A program made the translations under genes and the position numbers. Below, in pieces: positions 45,246 to 56,991 of a DNA stretch of 64,000 nt. The notes under the pieces are model-generated. The model ran no database searches and was not told the DNA's origin. It worked only from the letters and a program-made list of their open reading frames with translations. Positions within the stretch are counted from its first letter, which is position 1. Every line of letters starts with the position of its first letter. The DNA is from Schizochytrium sp. TIO01. Its lineage: Eukaryota > Protista > Bigyra: Labyrinthulomycetes. Location: NCBI GenBank assembly GCA_004764695.1, contig SMSO01000035.1:2356001-2420000 (forward strand). Reading direction: 5' to 3'.

Positions 45246-46996
45246 AATGCACTGCTGGAAGTAGTAGTAGTAGTAGTAGTATCTATAGTAGTAGTAGTAC
45301 TTAGTGCATGGCTAGCTGGAACTCAAGCCTCAGCTTATTTCCTTTGAAGTAAAAAGAAAGAAGAGCTCATAGTAGTATTAATAATAGTAGTATTAGTAAT
45401 AGTAGTAGTAGTAAGAGTAGTTTAGTTACTAGTAACTAGTAGGTAAGGGCTAAGGTGTGCGCTACTTGCTAATAAAGATGGGGACCGCAGTAGTTTTGTA
45501 TTGCAACCAGGCTACTTGAAGAAGATCGTTATCAACAGCGTGTAAGTTGAGTTGTTTTCCTGCCGATAAATTCTTCAGCGAGTAGATCGGATGATTCGAA
45601 TCGATTCGACTAGACTCGACTCGGCTCGGCTCGGCTCGCTTTACGTCAGGCTGCTTTGGTTTGGTTCTGAATCGGTTTGCTTTTATTTGGTTGGTTTGCT
45701 TTGCTGTCATAGGTTGGTCTAATGGGGAACTCACTGAGCTTAAAACTTTACCAAAACCTGTAGATTGGATGACGATGAAATTCTTGGAGAAGAATGATTT
45801 GCTGTCTTCTAGGAGGTATCCATTCTAAATACTTGCTCGCGACATGGGATAACTTGGGGTGGCGGAGGCCTCAGGCTTCTTGGAGATGGTGCTGGGTAAC
45901 TAGCTAGCTAAACAGCAACCTGATCAGGGGCAAATAATTTAGTGATCGTAACGAAGAAAAATACGTTGTTGTTACATTTTTTGTTGCAAAGGCACCTGGC
46001 TGACGAGGCTGTTGTGGCCCTACATATTCAAGTGTAGCTCAGGATAAGGAATCAGGAGGCGTCATTTTACTGCCTGGAACGTGGCTTGCGTTTGATGGAT
46101 ATGTTTTCTACGGCAAACCCCAAAATACACGCTGGTTTGTGGACAGCTTTGAGCACGCCGGGGGGGAGCACGCATTTTATTTTATTTTATATTATTTTAT
46201 TTTCCTCTCTTTTAGTTGTTTCTGTCACGGTCTTTGATTTTGATTTTGATTGCAACAATCATGGGTAGGTACTAATGAACAGTGATTTTTTTTCCGTTGA
46301 AGTTGGCAGAGACAGTCGGAGCAGAGACCCAGGCACTTGCAGAGTCGCGGTCAAGCAGATGAAGCTGTTCTCAGCAGTCAGCGTTATTTGCGAGGCGTTG
46401 CTGTTCTGCTGGTTAGGGGAGGTTAGAAAGCTCAATAAAAATCATAAGAATGGAAAAGTATTAAAAGTTTTTGTTTTGTTTTAAGTGTGGCGCGAAGGGG
46501 CGCCGTATACATGAGAGTCGTTGGAGTAAACAGTGACAGGTTCCACACTGTAGGTACTAAGAGATTCTTCGATTGATTTTGTTGTGGACTTTCAGCTTAT
46601 AAATGCCAATTTTGATTTGTTCTTGGTGTGGAGGGCAAGAAGGAGATAATGTTAGAATTCTTTTCTTAATGATTTCTGTACACTCCATAAGGGTTTATAG
46701 AGGATCATGGGAAGGCCAATACGTAGGCTACGAATTCGATAGCGAAATACTTTACCTTCTTTAGTGTGATGTGCAATAAGAACCCTGCACAATCTTTGAA
46801 GTAAACCTTACTATGAGGAACGCGTGACCACAATGCACACCTTACAAATACATTGATGATTCTTCTACTTTCAAACGTCTGTAGACCTTTATCCTTTTCC
46901 AGAGGGCAACAGAATTGATGCTCTGGAAGCTGAATGGTTCTGCAAGAGGCAAGCACATGAATGGCCTAGCATCGCCAAGGAACCCTACGCACATTG

Positions 46997-48970
46997 ATGA
47001 AGACATCATCATGGAAGGTAAACCCCTTAGACGCGAGTGCGCAAGTGGCAGAAGCATCCATAGTGGCATCATCAGCTGTACCGAATGCACTAACAGATAC
47101 AGACACAAAGAATCATCCTCAAGTCATAGACAATCATTTAAACCTTTCTTCATATGAGTCCTCAGAAGAAACAAGTCATCAGCCGGAGTCAGATTATATA
47201 CACGAAGCTAATTCAAACTCATCTATTGGTTCAGCTGAGTCGGAGACAAACCGTGTACACTTAACTCCAATTTGCGTTGTTCTTCCTGCTGAAATCCCGT
47301 ATATATACGACTTTAGAGAAAGTCTCGTAAGTGTCCTTTTCGGAGACGAAGTCGGTAGAAGGGTCTGGCACCTTTACCGTCGGAAATCATTCCTATTGTT
47401 GTTGCTAGTTTTCTACGGAAGTGTTGGACCTCTTGCATTTCTTGACTTTAAATTTCGAATTGGCCTTTCTTTTGCAATGATCCCTACTTTGATTCTACAA
47501 GTTTTTAGCTGGGCACTTTTAAACGTCAATGTTCTATTCAGAATCATCAGGCAATTTGAGGTTAGATTTGCCTTCTTCAATATTGTTTTAGCAAGTTTAA
47601 TGCTAGGACTCATGTTCAAGGATGTATACTTGAAAATTGTAGCGGTGAATACTGGACTTTTTTCTGGGAATGCCCTTCTTATTGATGCTTGGCCTACACC
47701 TTTACGTCGAAAATCTACGCTAGTATTTAGCCCCTTCTATATGGTTTACACGCATGCTCTCCTTGTTGGTGTAATGACTGGCTTCGTAGATCAAAATTTT
47801 ATCACAACTAAGATATGGGGATACGAAGTGGATCTGGTTGCGCGTTTCGTAGGCTTCTATTCTTATGCAATTGTTCTCATGTATAAAAGCTTGTGGATAA
47901 CGAGATTTCATCACAAAGACAGGTTATACACCTATCGTTTTCCAATGCAATCGGCGTCTACCACTCGCCAAGGTCTGAAGAACTTGGCTGGCATTTTTCA
48001 TCTGTTGCAAAGGCGCGATTCATTAAGTAGAAAAATTAATGCTTCCCGTACGCGAAGATTTTCGGAAGTTGCCAAAGCGCATGGTGATTTATTGCCCAAC
48101 TCAAGTGTTCACGAAGACTTGATGTCGGGACAGAGAGCACTCTTAGCAGTAGCAAAAATGAGTGTACGAAATCTTTTCATTGAAAGCCAGTCTTCACGAA
48201 AAAAAAAGGTACGCATATTCGTTCCAGAGTTCATCCCTTTTGAATTTCCTCAAAACAACTCAGTTGGAAATTATCTCTTTGGTCAAAGGTACACCGCGGT
48301 TTGCCTGAGGATTTGTTCCAGCAATCTGGGCAAAATAGTAAGTCTAATTAGCTATTTTGCTGGTGCAGTTATGTATTTATTATGTCTCAATTCAAAATAC
48401 GCCTCATTAGGATATATTGCGATCCTACTCTTAGTGCCGGTGATTGTAATTTGGATTTCGACCATACAAATTCAAATAGCAAAGCGGCTTCTACACACGT
48501 GGTCATTTCTTTTCCAGTGTTTTCTTTACCTGTACGGAAGTTTTTTTCTGGCTCTTATTATTGATCAAACACCGCAAAGACTGTTTATAATGTTTTTCGC
48601 AGTTGTCCAATGCTGTGTAAATCTAATTGATGCGCTGCCAGTTGGTATCATTGTTGGGAAAAAAAGAATCTTTTTTATACTACCAGCTCTAACAGGCACA
48701 GTTTTTGTCACCTTTGGTGTTGCTATTCAAAGGTTTTTAACCGTGCAAGATGCATCGATACGTATAATTAAGCTGGAAATGACATTTTCATCTGTGGTCA
48801 TTGGTGTTACCTTTGTTTCAATGTGCTATACCTACAGGAGTGCACTGAATATTTTGTTCAACGAAAACATTTTTATTCATCTCTCTGCATATGCAAGAGC
48901 GCTTAAAGTAACTTCAGAAGCCGCAGAAGGAGTACGTCTAGTTTTTCGAGACACAATTAGTAAGCTATAA
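46997..48970 (+). CDS. Multi-pass membrane protein of unknown function with internal duplication (paralog 1)
   Basis: 657 aa with two hydrophobic multi-helix halves, each containing IDA(W/L)P. It aligns by eye with 50052-52139. Confidence 0.8.
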   Translation: MKTSSWKVNPLDASAQVAEASIVASSAVPNALTDTDTKNHPQVIDNHLNLSSYESSEETSHQPESDYIHEANSNSSIGSAESETNRVHLTPICVVLPAEIPYIYDFRESLVSVLFGDEVGRRVWHLYRRKSFLLLLLVFYGSVGPLAFLDFKFRIGLSFAMIPTLILQVFSWALLNVNVLFRIIRQFEVRFAFFNIVLASLMLGLMFKDVYLKIVAVNTGLFSGNALLIDAWPTPLRRKSTLVFSPFYMVYTHALLVGVMTGFVDQNFITTKIWGYEVDLVARFVGFYSYAIVLMYKSLWITRFHHKDRLYTYRFPMQSASTTRQGLKNLAGIFHLLQRRDSLSRKINASRTRRFSEVAKAHGDLLPNSSVHEDLMSGQRALLAVAKMSVRNLFIESQSSRKKKVRIFVPEFIPFEFPQNNSVGNYLFGQRYTAVCLRICSSNLGKIVSLISYFAGAVMYLLCLNSKYASLGYIAILLLVPVIVIWISTIQIQIAKRLLHTWSFLFQCFLYLYGSFFLALIIDQTPQRLFIMFFAVVQCCVNLIDALPVGIIVGKKRIFFILPALTGTVFVTFGVAIQRFLTVQDASIRIIKLEMTFSSVVIGVTFVSMCYTYRSALNILFNENIFIHLSAYARALKVTSEAAEGVRLVFRDTISKL

Positions 48971-50051
48971 CCAGGTGTCATCTACATTTTTGTCTTTTCA
49001 TATTTTCTCCTAACTTAATTCTTGGGTCTATCTGCCAAGAGTCTCTGAGTCTCTTTGTCTTTATAAGTTTTCAGTAGCGACATAATACCTAAACAATATA
49101 TTTCTCAGTAGTATAGGCCTTCTGTCTGGTTGCCATTCTCGTTTTCAATATCCACTTCGTGAAATTCTTGAGAGGAATGGCCATCCCTTATCTTCCTTTT
49201 CTCACAATATTGACTTTATTCAATCTGAGGCAAACCTGTCGTGGTAGGTTAAAAGCTCCAGGGCCATTCCTGAGCCATCTTCCTATACTTTTGTGTTTTG
49301 GAACAATTGTTGTAGGAGAGCGATTCATGAAAATACATCACCCGATCTACTATCATGGAATCGAATGCCCTAATTAATCTTGAACCCGCGATCCAGCATC
49401 CTGAAGTTGGCGAATGGTATACAAAAGGCCACATTTAAAATGCTTAACAAGTGATGCTCGCACTTCCAACGGACATATTATTTTTGACTTTATGGAAGTG
49501 CAGCGAACAAGACTACTTACTACCTAGTAGTACTAATGAGGGGACTCAAAAAAAAAGAGCTGTAGAACGAATATCAGGCCGTCGCTTAGAAATCGTATGG
49601 TACGAGCTTTGAGAATCTCCGAAGTATTTTCGAAGTCTTCTATTGCATTTACAGAGTCATACTGAGAGGAAAATAAAATAAAATGGGCATTGGCATTGGC
49701 ATATGATACGTACCTGGTGCTATCCTTTTTCACTTGGCTTCGTGCAAGTATAAAATAAATAAACAAATAAAGATCTATTAGGTAAGTAAGCAACTCACCT
49801 CTTGCTAACATTATAAGATAGTTGGCCTACGCTGAAATGCACACACCAGAATATTTTTTTTAACGATATGTATCACTATATGAAGAGTATCGTATTGCAA
49901 ATCTAGTGAGCAAAAGTGTTTGGGAACTTACAGGACTACTTCGTTTCCATTGTTTTAAGAGCATTGGCTTCAAAATCCCTCCAATTGTCTTCACTATAAA
50001 TGAATAAATGTAAAACCTATACGCAATCACGCTGAAGTGCTTGGTTGCAGA

Positions 50052-52139
50052 ATGGCATCACTTGATACACTGGATGCTTTGAAGGATGATGAGGACAAAG
50101 AGGAGAACGCGGATGGGATTAATGGCACGAGCAATATTACATGTCTTAATCACCTGGAGTCAACGGCAAGCTCAGCAGGACAACCTCTTAATATTGCAGC
50201 TGCTAAAGCATCCACTGAAGCGATCATACCGGGCACATTAGCTAATGAAACCTCGAATGCCGATGAAGAAAAATCAGATGAAAGTACCTTAGGAAGTTTT
50301 CCACTTAGAGACAAACCGATTCTTCGACATATTCGTGTTGTAGTTGCCAATGAAGAACCCTTTATCTTTTCTTCTCGGTACACTTTTGCCCAAATACTGG
50401 TTGGAACCTCGGCCTCAAACACTATTTGGAGTGTTGTTCGACAAAGAAAATATATGATTACAATGGCGCTGGCATACCTTTTTACAACTGCTGCAACCAT
50501 ATATGATTTGCGCCACTCAACACAGTATTCAATTGTTGGAGTAATGAACATTGCACTGCAGATTTTCATCTCTCTTTTAATAAACCCGAAGATGCTCTAC
50601 CATGCATTAGCTCAAATTGAACTTCAATACGCTATGTTTAACGTGCTTGGCTCTATCGTAACGCTTTTGGCGATGTTTAACAGTTATGCCATTCGATTAG
50701 GACTGCTGAGTGCGTCGCTATTCTCTTTAAATTTAACCATTATTGACGCATGGCCCACGTCGTTGAGAAGGCAGGCTGTTCGATTCTTTGGCTTAATGCT
50801 TTTAGTTTATTCACATGTTCTTTGGGCTGTCTTTGCACTGGGTTACATCAAGCCAGATCACAATTATTTCATGGTTCTTGGAGTTCGCATGAGCCTTCTG
50901 AGTCGGTTTTTAGGATTTCAATCTTTCTGTATTCTCATGCAATGGAAGAATATGTTGGTCTTCCACATGAGTCACAAAGACCGTTTACCAATGTTTTGGT
51001 TTAATCTATACATATTAAACACCACACAAGAAGGCCTTGATAACCTTGTTGGAATTCATTCTGTATTGTTGAGTCGAGACAAACTTTCCCAAAAGTATAA
51101 TGAGTCAGCTACACGTCGGTTTTCTCGCGTAGCACAGGTATATGCCGAAGGTGCTGATTCAGCAAAGAAAAATAGTGCCCATGACCTTCTTGTTGGGCGC
51201 CAGGTCCTTGAAAAAATCGGAGGCGTTAGTATGAACTCAGTTCTGCGGTCTGAATCAGTTGCTACAGCGCTTGATGCCGGAAGGACCAGAATTGTTTTTC
51301 CTATGAGCCCTGCATATGAGATTCAAGATTGGATTGTAATTGGCTATGCGATTTTTGGCTATAAATGGACGGCACGATGCGAGCGCTTTTGTCGCAAAAG
51401 GTGGGCGCTTTATCTGACTTTACTGCTATATATTGCTGGAATTTGCTGCTTTGTAGCAAGTTGCTTCGAACCATATACAAAGTTTGGTATTTTTACGCCC
51501 TGCTTCTTGATGCCGATTTTGTTGGTATGGGTTTCTTTATACAGTACCACTCTTTTTCAGCAGGTGTCGAGAACCTGGTCAGTAATTTTTTACAACATAT
51601 CACTTTGGACGGGGGCAATATGTTGGGCGATCATGGCGACAAATCCATATACGAGGGTTAGCATATTTTCGTTCGCAATTTTTCAATGTTTTAAAAGTTG
51701 TATAGATGCTTTTCCTCGACGAATTCTCTCAGGAAGAGCGCGAGCTTTAGCCAATGTCCCTTCCATGCTTGCATTAGTGGTTATTTTGCTCAATATGTTC
51801 TTTATGAAGCTAGATACGGTCAATCCCATTTATGTATCTGTTTCAATTATTCATACGGTCGATTATAGCCTTATTGACATTGTGCTTACTTCATTTTTCG
51901 GCGTCGCAGTGTATTGCTTACGGAATATTAGAGTAAGTCTTGCTCGACCGGATTGCTTCGTCAATCTCGTATCGCATGCTCGAGCTCTTCCTACTTCCGA
52001 GAAGGTCGCTGAGGCTGTCATCAAAGTCCACAAGGACGCTTTGGATCGGAAACCACCAATGCGCTTTCAAAAGTCTATTTTACCTCGCTTAATAAACAAT
52101 ACGGAGTCTTCGGCAACATCATATCAACATAAGCAGTAG
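50052..52139 (+). CDS. Multi-pass membrane protein of unknown function with internal duplication (paralog 2)
   Basis: 695 aa sharing IDAWPT.LRR, HKDRL, TT..GL.NL.GI...L..RD.LS.K.N.S.TRRFS.VA, HDLL.G and IDAFP with paralog 1. Confidence 0.8.
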   Translation: MASLDTLDALKDDEDKEENADGINGTSNITCLNHLESTASSAGQPLNIAAAKASTEAIIPGTLANETSNADEEKSDESTLGSFPLRDKPILRHIRVVVANEEPFIFSSRYTFAQILVGTSASNTIWSVVRQRKYMITMALAYLFTTAATIYDLRHSTQYSIVGVMNIALQIFISLLINPKMLYHALAQIELQYAMFNVLGSIVTLLAMFNSYAIRLGLLSASLFSLNLTIIDAWPTSLRRQAVRFFGLMLLVYSHVLWAVFALGYIKPDHNYFMVLGVRMSLLSRFLGFQSFCILMQWKNMLVFHMSHKDRLPMFWFNLYILNTTQEGLDNLVGIHSVLLSRDKLSQKYNESATRRFSRVAQVYAEGADSAKKNSAHDLLVGRQVLEKIGGVSMNSVLRSESVATALDAGRTRIVFPMSPAYEIQDWIVIGYAIFGYKWTARCERFCRKRWALYLTLLLYIAGICCFVASCFEPYTKFGIFTPCFLMPILLVWVSLYSTTLFQQVSRTWSVIFYNISLWTGAICWAIMATNPYTRVSIFSFAIFQCFKSCIDAFPRRILSGRARALANVPSMLALVVILLNMFFMKLDTVNPIYVSVSIIHTVDYSLIDIVLTSFFGVAVYCLRNIRVSLARPDCFVNLVSHARALPTSEKVAEAVIKVHKDALDRKPPMRFQKSILPRLINNTESSATSYQHKQ

Positions 52140-52950
52140 ATTCGAGTTTATTTCTTGAAGCCAAAACCAACCGTCCATAGCTGAACTAAGTGAAAATGCG
52201 GTTATTGTTATATAAGATTGATATGAACAATCTAAGCTTCGCTTTGTCACTTTCAGTACTAGCCTGTAAACCCAATGCCGATACCAACCCAGAACCTCCA
52301 TAGTCAAACGCCTTTTTCAAAAATACAATGAGATATCTTGTTTCTGTTCTTCGATTGAACGTTAGTTTGTGTTCTAGCAAAGACTCTCTAAAAACCTCTT
52401 TGTAGGTTAATTCAAGTTAAATCTCTATACAGACATTGCTTTCTATACCATTCTCGCAGAAGAATATTTATCTCATAACCAGACAGAACCTTTTTGTTCC
52501 TTATTTGAAACTTTTGCCTTTCCTTTTCCTTAAGGAACTTATTGTAATTCGATATTGAATCCTTGCATGCTTTCCTTTGACTTGAGATTTTTACCCCAAA
52601 TTGCAAGGAATAGGGATCTTACTCGTGATTTTAGATCTATCATGAGTCCTGAAACCCAGGCCTAGAGCAGTACTAAGCACGTTAAGGTCCTTTGTGACGA
52701 AAATCGACAAAGTACACACCTTCACGAACGGATAGGTGAGATCATCTACGCGCAACAAGGTTAATAGATTCCTCAAACCTTACTTTAACATGACAGTATT
52801 GGAGAGTAATTGCGACCGTTCGGGTGGACTCAGTCGAATTTAAATGTTGGATTGGTGAAGTGCCGCTGGGCACGCAGCTTCAAAACCTCTTAACCACTTC
52901 TTTTGTTTGACTTCTTGCCCTCCAGGAGGCGGAAATTGACTGATATTAAT

Positions 52951-55900
52951 ATGCGACCACAGCGGCCAGCTAGTGCAAGACCTTCAACTCGTAGAAAGCG
53001 ACCATGTACAGCACCACAGAGTCGCCCGAACGCATGTAGTAAAGAGGGTATGCAGCCCTGGTGGATGACATGCGACGATGCTGGAGATGAGGTAGATGCT
53101 CCCACAGTGCCAGTAGTACGACATGTTGGACTTTCTCAGACACTCAAAGAGGAGGAGGAGGGAGAGGAAGAGGAGGGAGAAGGTAACATGGCATGTAAAC
53201 AATTACCAGAGCCGTATATTGGCGTTGTCATTCGAGAGACACTTAAACCTATTTCAAATGAGGATGAGTTCCCCAGCGAGAACAATCGAAGTCCAGCAAA
53301 TGACACTATACAAAACACAAAGACACTATCTACCGCCCTGCAGTACAAAAGCCTCGTACAGGACGAGCCCCTACTTCGATTTGCAGCTACAGCTGAAGAA
53401 CGTGCACCAATTTTACCACCTAATCGTTCAATCAGAGCGACTGGTTCGGTGCAGGGTTCGGAGCTTGTTCTAGTAGATGTAAATAGTGATCACCGCTTAG
53501 AACAGAGCAACTACTCCAACAAACATGTTATAAACCAGTCAGAAGGAACGATCGCTTTTCCATACTCATCAAAGCTCGGCCAGGGATTTTGTAAGGTTCG
53601 CGGTTTACGCCAAAACATCGCTTTGCAGTCTGCAGTTTTAGCCTTCAAACACCGAGTAAAACACCCTAAAGGTAAACCATCCTATGAAATGAAACGGGAG
53701 CGTCTGAAAACTCTCAATGAGCAGACGCCTGCCCATCGGACTAAAGTTCTGGAGCCTTTTCTAAGAGCCGAGTCCGTTCAGATGCAACCAAATGGCAAGA
53801 GTGTGTCGAAGCCAGACAACCAGAATGACGATAACAACAGTTTCCTTGAGGAAGACAGAAATACATTGGCTTTTGGCTGGGATACTATCAGTATGAACCA
53901 ATCCGGTGGATCCGCAGTAGTATGGGATAATGTCGCAAAACACCTTGACATGTCAGTATTGTTGCAGGAAGTATATAGCGCTAAACCAATTGAACTTCCT
54001 CATGACGATTCAACGAGAAAAGTTCTGAGTTTGCTGAAAACCCTAGGAGATGTTATTGAAGACGATCTCGTTGCAGGTGCGCTTGAAGTCACTGGGCAAA
54101 TCCTTACATCGGCAGTCTATACAACGGATGATTCAGGGGAAGCGCATTTTTCAGTTAGTAGACGTTTAGCAAAGGAGAACGAAGCTCTGCGCGCAGAAGT
54201 CACAGCATTGAAAGCCCAGGTTAGTCAACAAGATTTATTAATCGAAGAGTTACAAAAAAATCCCCATCAAAGTATAAGCTCAGACTCTAGACATGATGCA
54301 AGAACGACTGCTATCGATGCGTTGCAGCATACCCTTGCCCGGGTCATACCTTGTGAAGAGGAGCGTACAGATATTGTTTTAGAGCTCTTTCGTGCTGGAC
54401 ACGTTCCAGTTGACGAGTTCACTGTTGTTGCAATGTTTGAATTACTACGACCAGAATTAATTCGAGATGCAATACACCTGATTGTAGAAGACCATTGCAC
54501 AGCCCAAGATGCCGCTTCAGTAGTTTGCTCTGCTTTGAGGCGGCCTGATGGTATATCGGTCGCAAAAATAGCTTTGGAGAAAGATCAAGTTCTTGAGCGC
54601 GTTTTGATACTAGACGCACGATCCTTAACGAGGCGAATATCATTCTGGGAGTTGCACTGGGACGAGCTATGCGACATGCTTTGGCTTTCATCCGAGCTTC
54701 TGAGCACTATTATTCAAAAGCGCGCAGATCTTGCCGGAAAATTTCTCAAAATTTATAGCGTTTGGCTCGGTACTAATGATGCTGCCCAGGTCATGTATGC
54801 ACGTCATCGCACCGTCATGGAAGACATTTTATCACAGGTGGTTGACTTCACCCCAGAGTTTTTGGAAACTACTTTACTTCGAAGCCGACAAAGTCTACGC
54901 GATATCCTTGAGTCTCCATCAACTGGAGAAGACCTCTTAGAGACAATGGCCGAATCCAGCGCAAAAATTGTTGGTACGATCATCGATTATAGTCAATCTA
55001 CTCTTGCACAAGCCCTAGAATCCCGAAGTAAGCTGCTAGGGCGTATTACAGCAGGAAACCCATCGTGGCTCGTGAGGTTTATTGAAGAAAATCTGGACGT
55101 CACGGCTCGGATTTTATGTAATCATAACTTTCTTTTGCCGAGCCTTTGCAAGAGTTCCCCGGCTCTGATCGATGGGCTTGTGCGGCTATGCACGAAAGAT
55201 ATTGCTTTCCATGTAGCAGGGCACGGGGATAGTTTGGCCTCGGCGTTAGCTCAAGCTCCAGATTTGATTGTGGAAGATGAGGTTTTCAAGGCGTATCCAA
55301 ATATTCTCTTGACCAATGAGCCTCGTCTTGCTCGCCTGGGGCTACGGAATCTGGCAGCTTATCAAGGCTCTTGCACTCCAGAATCCATACAAACAGACCC
55401 TATTCAAGCTGTAAACGCATCAGGTCATGCGCGAGCTCGGTCTTTGATGGAAATCGTTGGAAAGCGAAAAGCACGTGCAGATGCTTGGACTTTGAAGGGA
55501 CTGCAGCATAAAATTGCAGATATTCTCCAAGAAAAGGTAGATGCTGATTATATAGATGATCGTGCGGGACATAGCCGGGAGCCTTTATCCGAAGTTGTGT
55601 ATGACCACTTTCTAAGTAAGGAGGAAGATGTGACTTCAACAAAGCGAACGCTCGCTGGTTTCACAGCTTCCGTTCGTAATTATTCCCCCGAAGATTCGTT
55701 TGTGCACTGGTTTGGGGTTCTCACAGGCGCAGTGGAGCCCGAAAAGTTTAATCCGCAAGCAGAAAGTTTTTTCATGACTTTACTTACTAGCCTTGTGCCA
55801 AATGAGGATGTAGGGGAGAGTGTTGATACTTCAAGTACCGGGGTGACACTGTTACCTTTAACGCAAGCATTAGACGCTGTACAAAACATCGCTCCAATGT

Positions 55901-56706
55901 TTTGGTATGATGTGCAAGATCGAGAAGCTGTACACGATCGAATAAAGGAACTTCAGAGATTTAGTGTGGAAGACAGCTCTATGATGGGCGAAAAGGAGTC
56001 AAATCGGCTTTGGGCTAAACTACATTCAAGTGATCTTGAGGAGTGTAAGTCGAAGCAATCATTTATTGACACTGAGGAATTAAGTGAGTCTCCGACCATT
56101 GTCATACCTCATGTTGAAATAAACAGTAATCTTGATACAGAGAGCGACGAGATCAATGAAGACAATCCTGCACACAGCACAGAGAATACCAAGCCTTCCC
56201 AAAGTGGGTCAGTAGGAATGAGAAATATCGTTCAGACAAAATTACTCATGCCTAATAATCGACTTGCCACGGAGGTACTATCAATGATGCATGGTCGGCA
56301 AAGCGCCACTGCACAAGCTGCTGCTAGTCTCAAGTTGCGATCATTCGGAGTGAAGGTAACCGAGTGTATTGCACTAGAAGCTGTAATCAACGTTGTGATG
56401 AAAGCTTGGCATGCTTTTGAGCTTAGCGAATATGATACTCTGTGTGAAATTTTCAAGTCTGGTGATATTAATGGTGATGGAATTCTAGATATGGACGAGT
56501 GGGAAGTGTTGGTACTTGTAGTGGATCCTCAGGCAGATCCTCGTACAGTTCGCCGTATGTTCAAAATGACAGGCGAAGAGAATGAAGATGGTGAGCACAT
56601 AATCACGCCTAATGAGTTTGTTGAGGTTATGCGGGCCCACCGCTACACAGGTCCTGCGCTAGCTCATCTACGAGAGAAGTTTAAGCAAAAGCCGCAGGCT
56701 CCGTAG
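52951..56706 (+). CDS. Large protein with coiled coil, 11-residue helical repeats and C-terminal EF-hand pair; possibly flagellar
   Basis: 1251 aa from ATG 52951. Coiled coil LAKENEALRAEVTALKAQV; canonical EF-hand DINGDGILDMDE and a second, degenerate one (NEDGEHIITPNEF). Confidence 0.75.
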   Translation: MRPQRPASARPSTRRKRPCTAPQSRPNACSKEGMQPWWMTCDDAGDEVDAPTVPVVRHVGLSQTLKEEEEGEEEEGEGNMACKQLPEPYIGVVIRETLKPISNEDEFPSENNRSPANDTIQNTKTLSTALQYKSLVQDEPLLRFAATAEERAPILPPNRSIRATGSVQGSELVLVDVNSDHRLEQSNYSNKHVINQSEGTIAFPYSSKLGQGFCKVRGLRQNIALQSAVLAFKHRVKHPKGKPSYEMKRERLKTLNEQTPAHRTKVLEPFLRAESVQMQPNGKSVSKPDNQNDDNNSFLEEDRNTLAFGWDTISMNQSGGSAVVWDNVAKHLDMSVLLQEVYSAKPIELPHDDSTRKVLSLLKTLGDVIEDDLVAGALEVTGQILTSAVYTTDDSGEAHFSVSRRLAKENEALRAEVTALKAQVSQQDLLIEELQKNPHQSISSDSRHDARTTAIDALQHTLARVIPCEEERTDIVLELFRAGHVPVDEFTVVAMFELLRPELIRDAIHLIVEDHCTAQDAASVVCSALRRPDGISVAKIALEKDQVLERVLILDARSLTRRISFWELHWDELCDMLWLSSELLSTIIQKRADLAGKFLKIYSVWLGTNDAAQVMYARHRTVMEDILSQVVDFTPEFLETTLLRSRQSLRDILESPSTGEDLLETMAESSAKIVGTIIDYSQSTLAQALESRSKLLGRITAGNPSWLVRFIEENLDVTARILCNHNFLLPSLCKSSPALIDGLVRLCTKDIAFHVAGHGDSLASALAQAPDLIVEDEVFKAYPNILLTNEPRLARLGLRNLAAYQGSCTPESIQTDPIQAVNASGHARARSLMEIVGKRKARADAWTLKGLQHKIADILQEKVDADYIDDRAGHSREPLSEVVYDHFLSKEEDVTSTKRTLAGFTASVRNYSPEDSFVHWFGVLTGAVEPEKFNPQAESFFMTLLTSLVPNEDVGESVDTSSTGVTLLPLTQALDAVQNIAPMFWYDVQDREAVHDRIKELQRFSVEDSSMMGEKESNRLWAKLHSSDLEECKSKQSFIDTEELSESPTIVIPHVEINSNLDTESDEINEDNPAHSTENTKPSQSGSVGMRNIVQTKLLMPNNRLATEVLSMMHGRQSATAQAAASLKLRSFGVKVTECIALEAVINVVMKAWHAFELSEYDTLCEIFKSGDINGDGILDMDEWEVLVLVVDPQADPRTVRRMFKMTGEENEDGEHIITPNEFVEVMRAHRYTGPALAHLREKFKQKPQAP

Positions 56707-56991
56707 GCAGTTGTAAGGTAAATGAACCGAACAAGAAAGAAACTGTTAAAATATGATTAAGTAAATATTTGGAACATATGTTATATAATGATGTTTTCTT
56801 GTTCGCGCTCTGGCGAGAGGGAGGCTGGCTTATTTGTTGACGGCACCTTCGTCTGGTTCTCAGCTCCAGGTACAACATATCAAATGTAGAGTCATATTAT
56901 TTTGTTATTGTTATTTGTTTTTTCAGAAAGAAGAGAGGGCAATTCAAATACTGGATAAACTGAGGAGAGAGAAACAACAGAGATTGATAAA

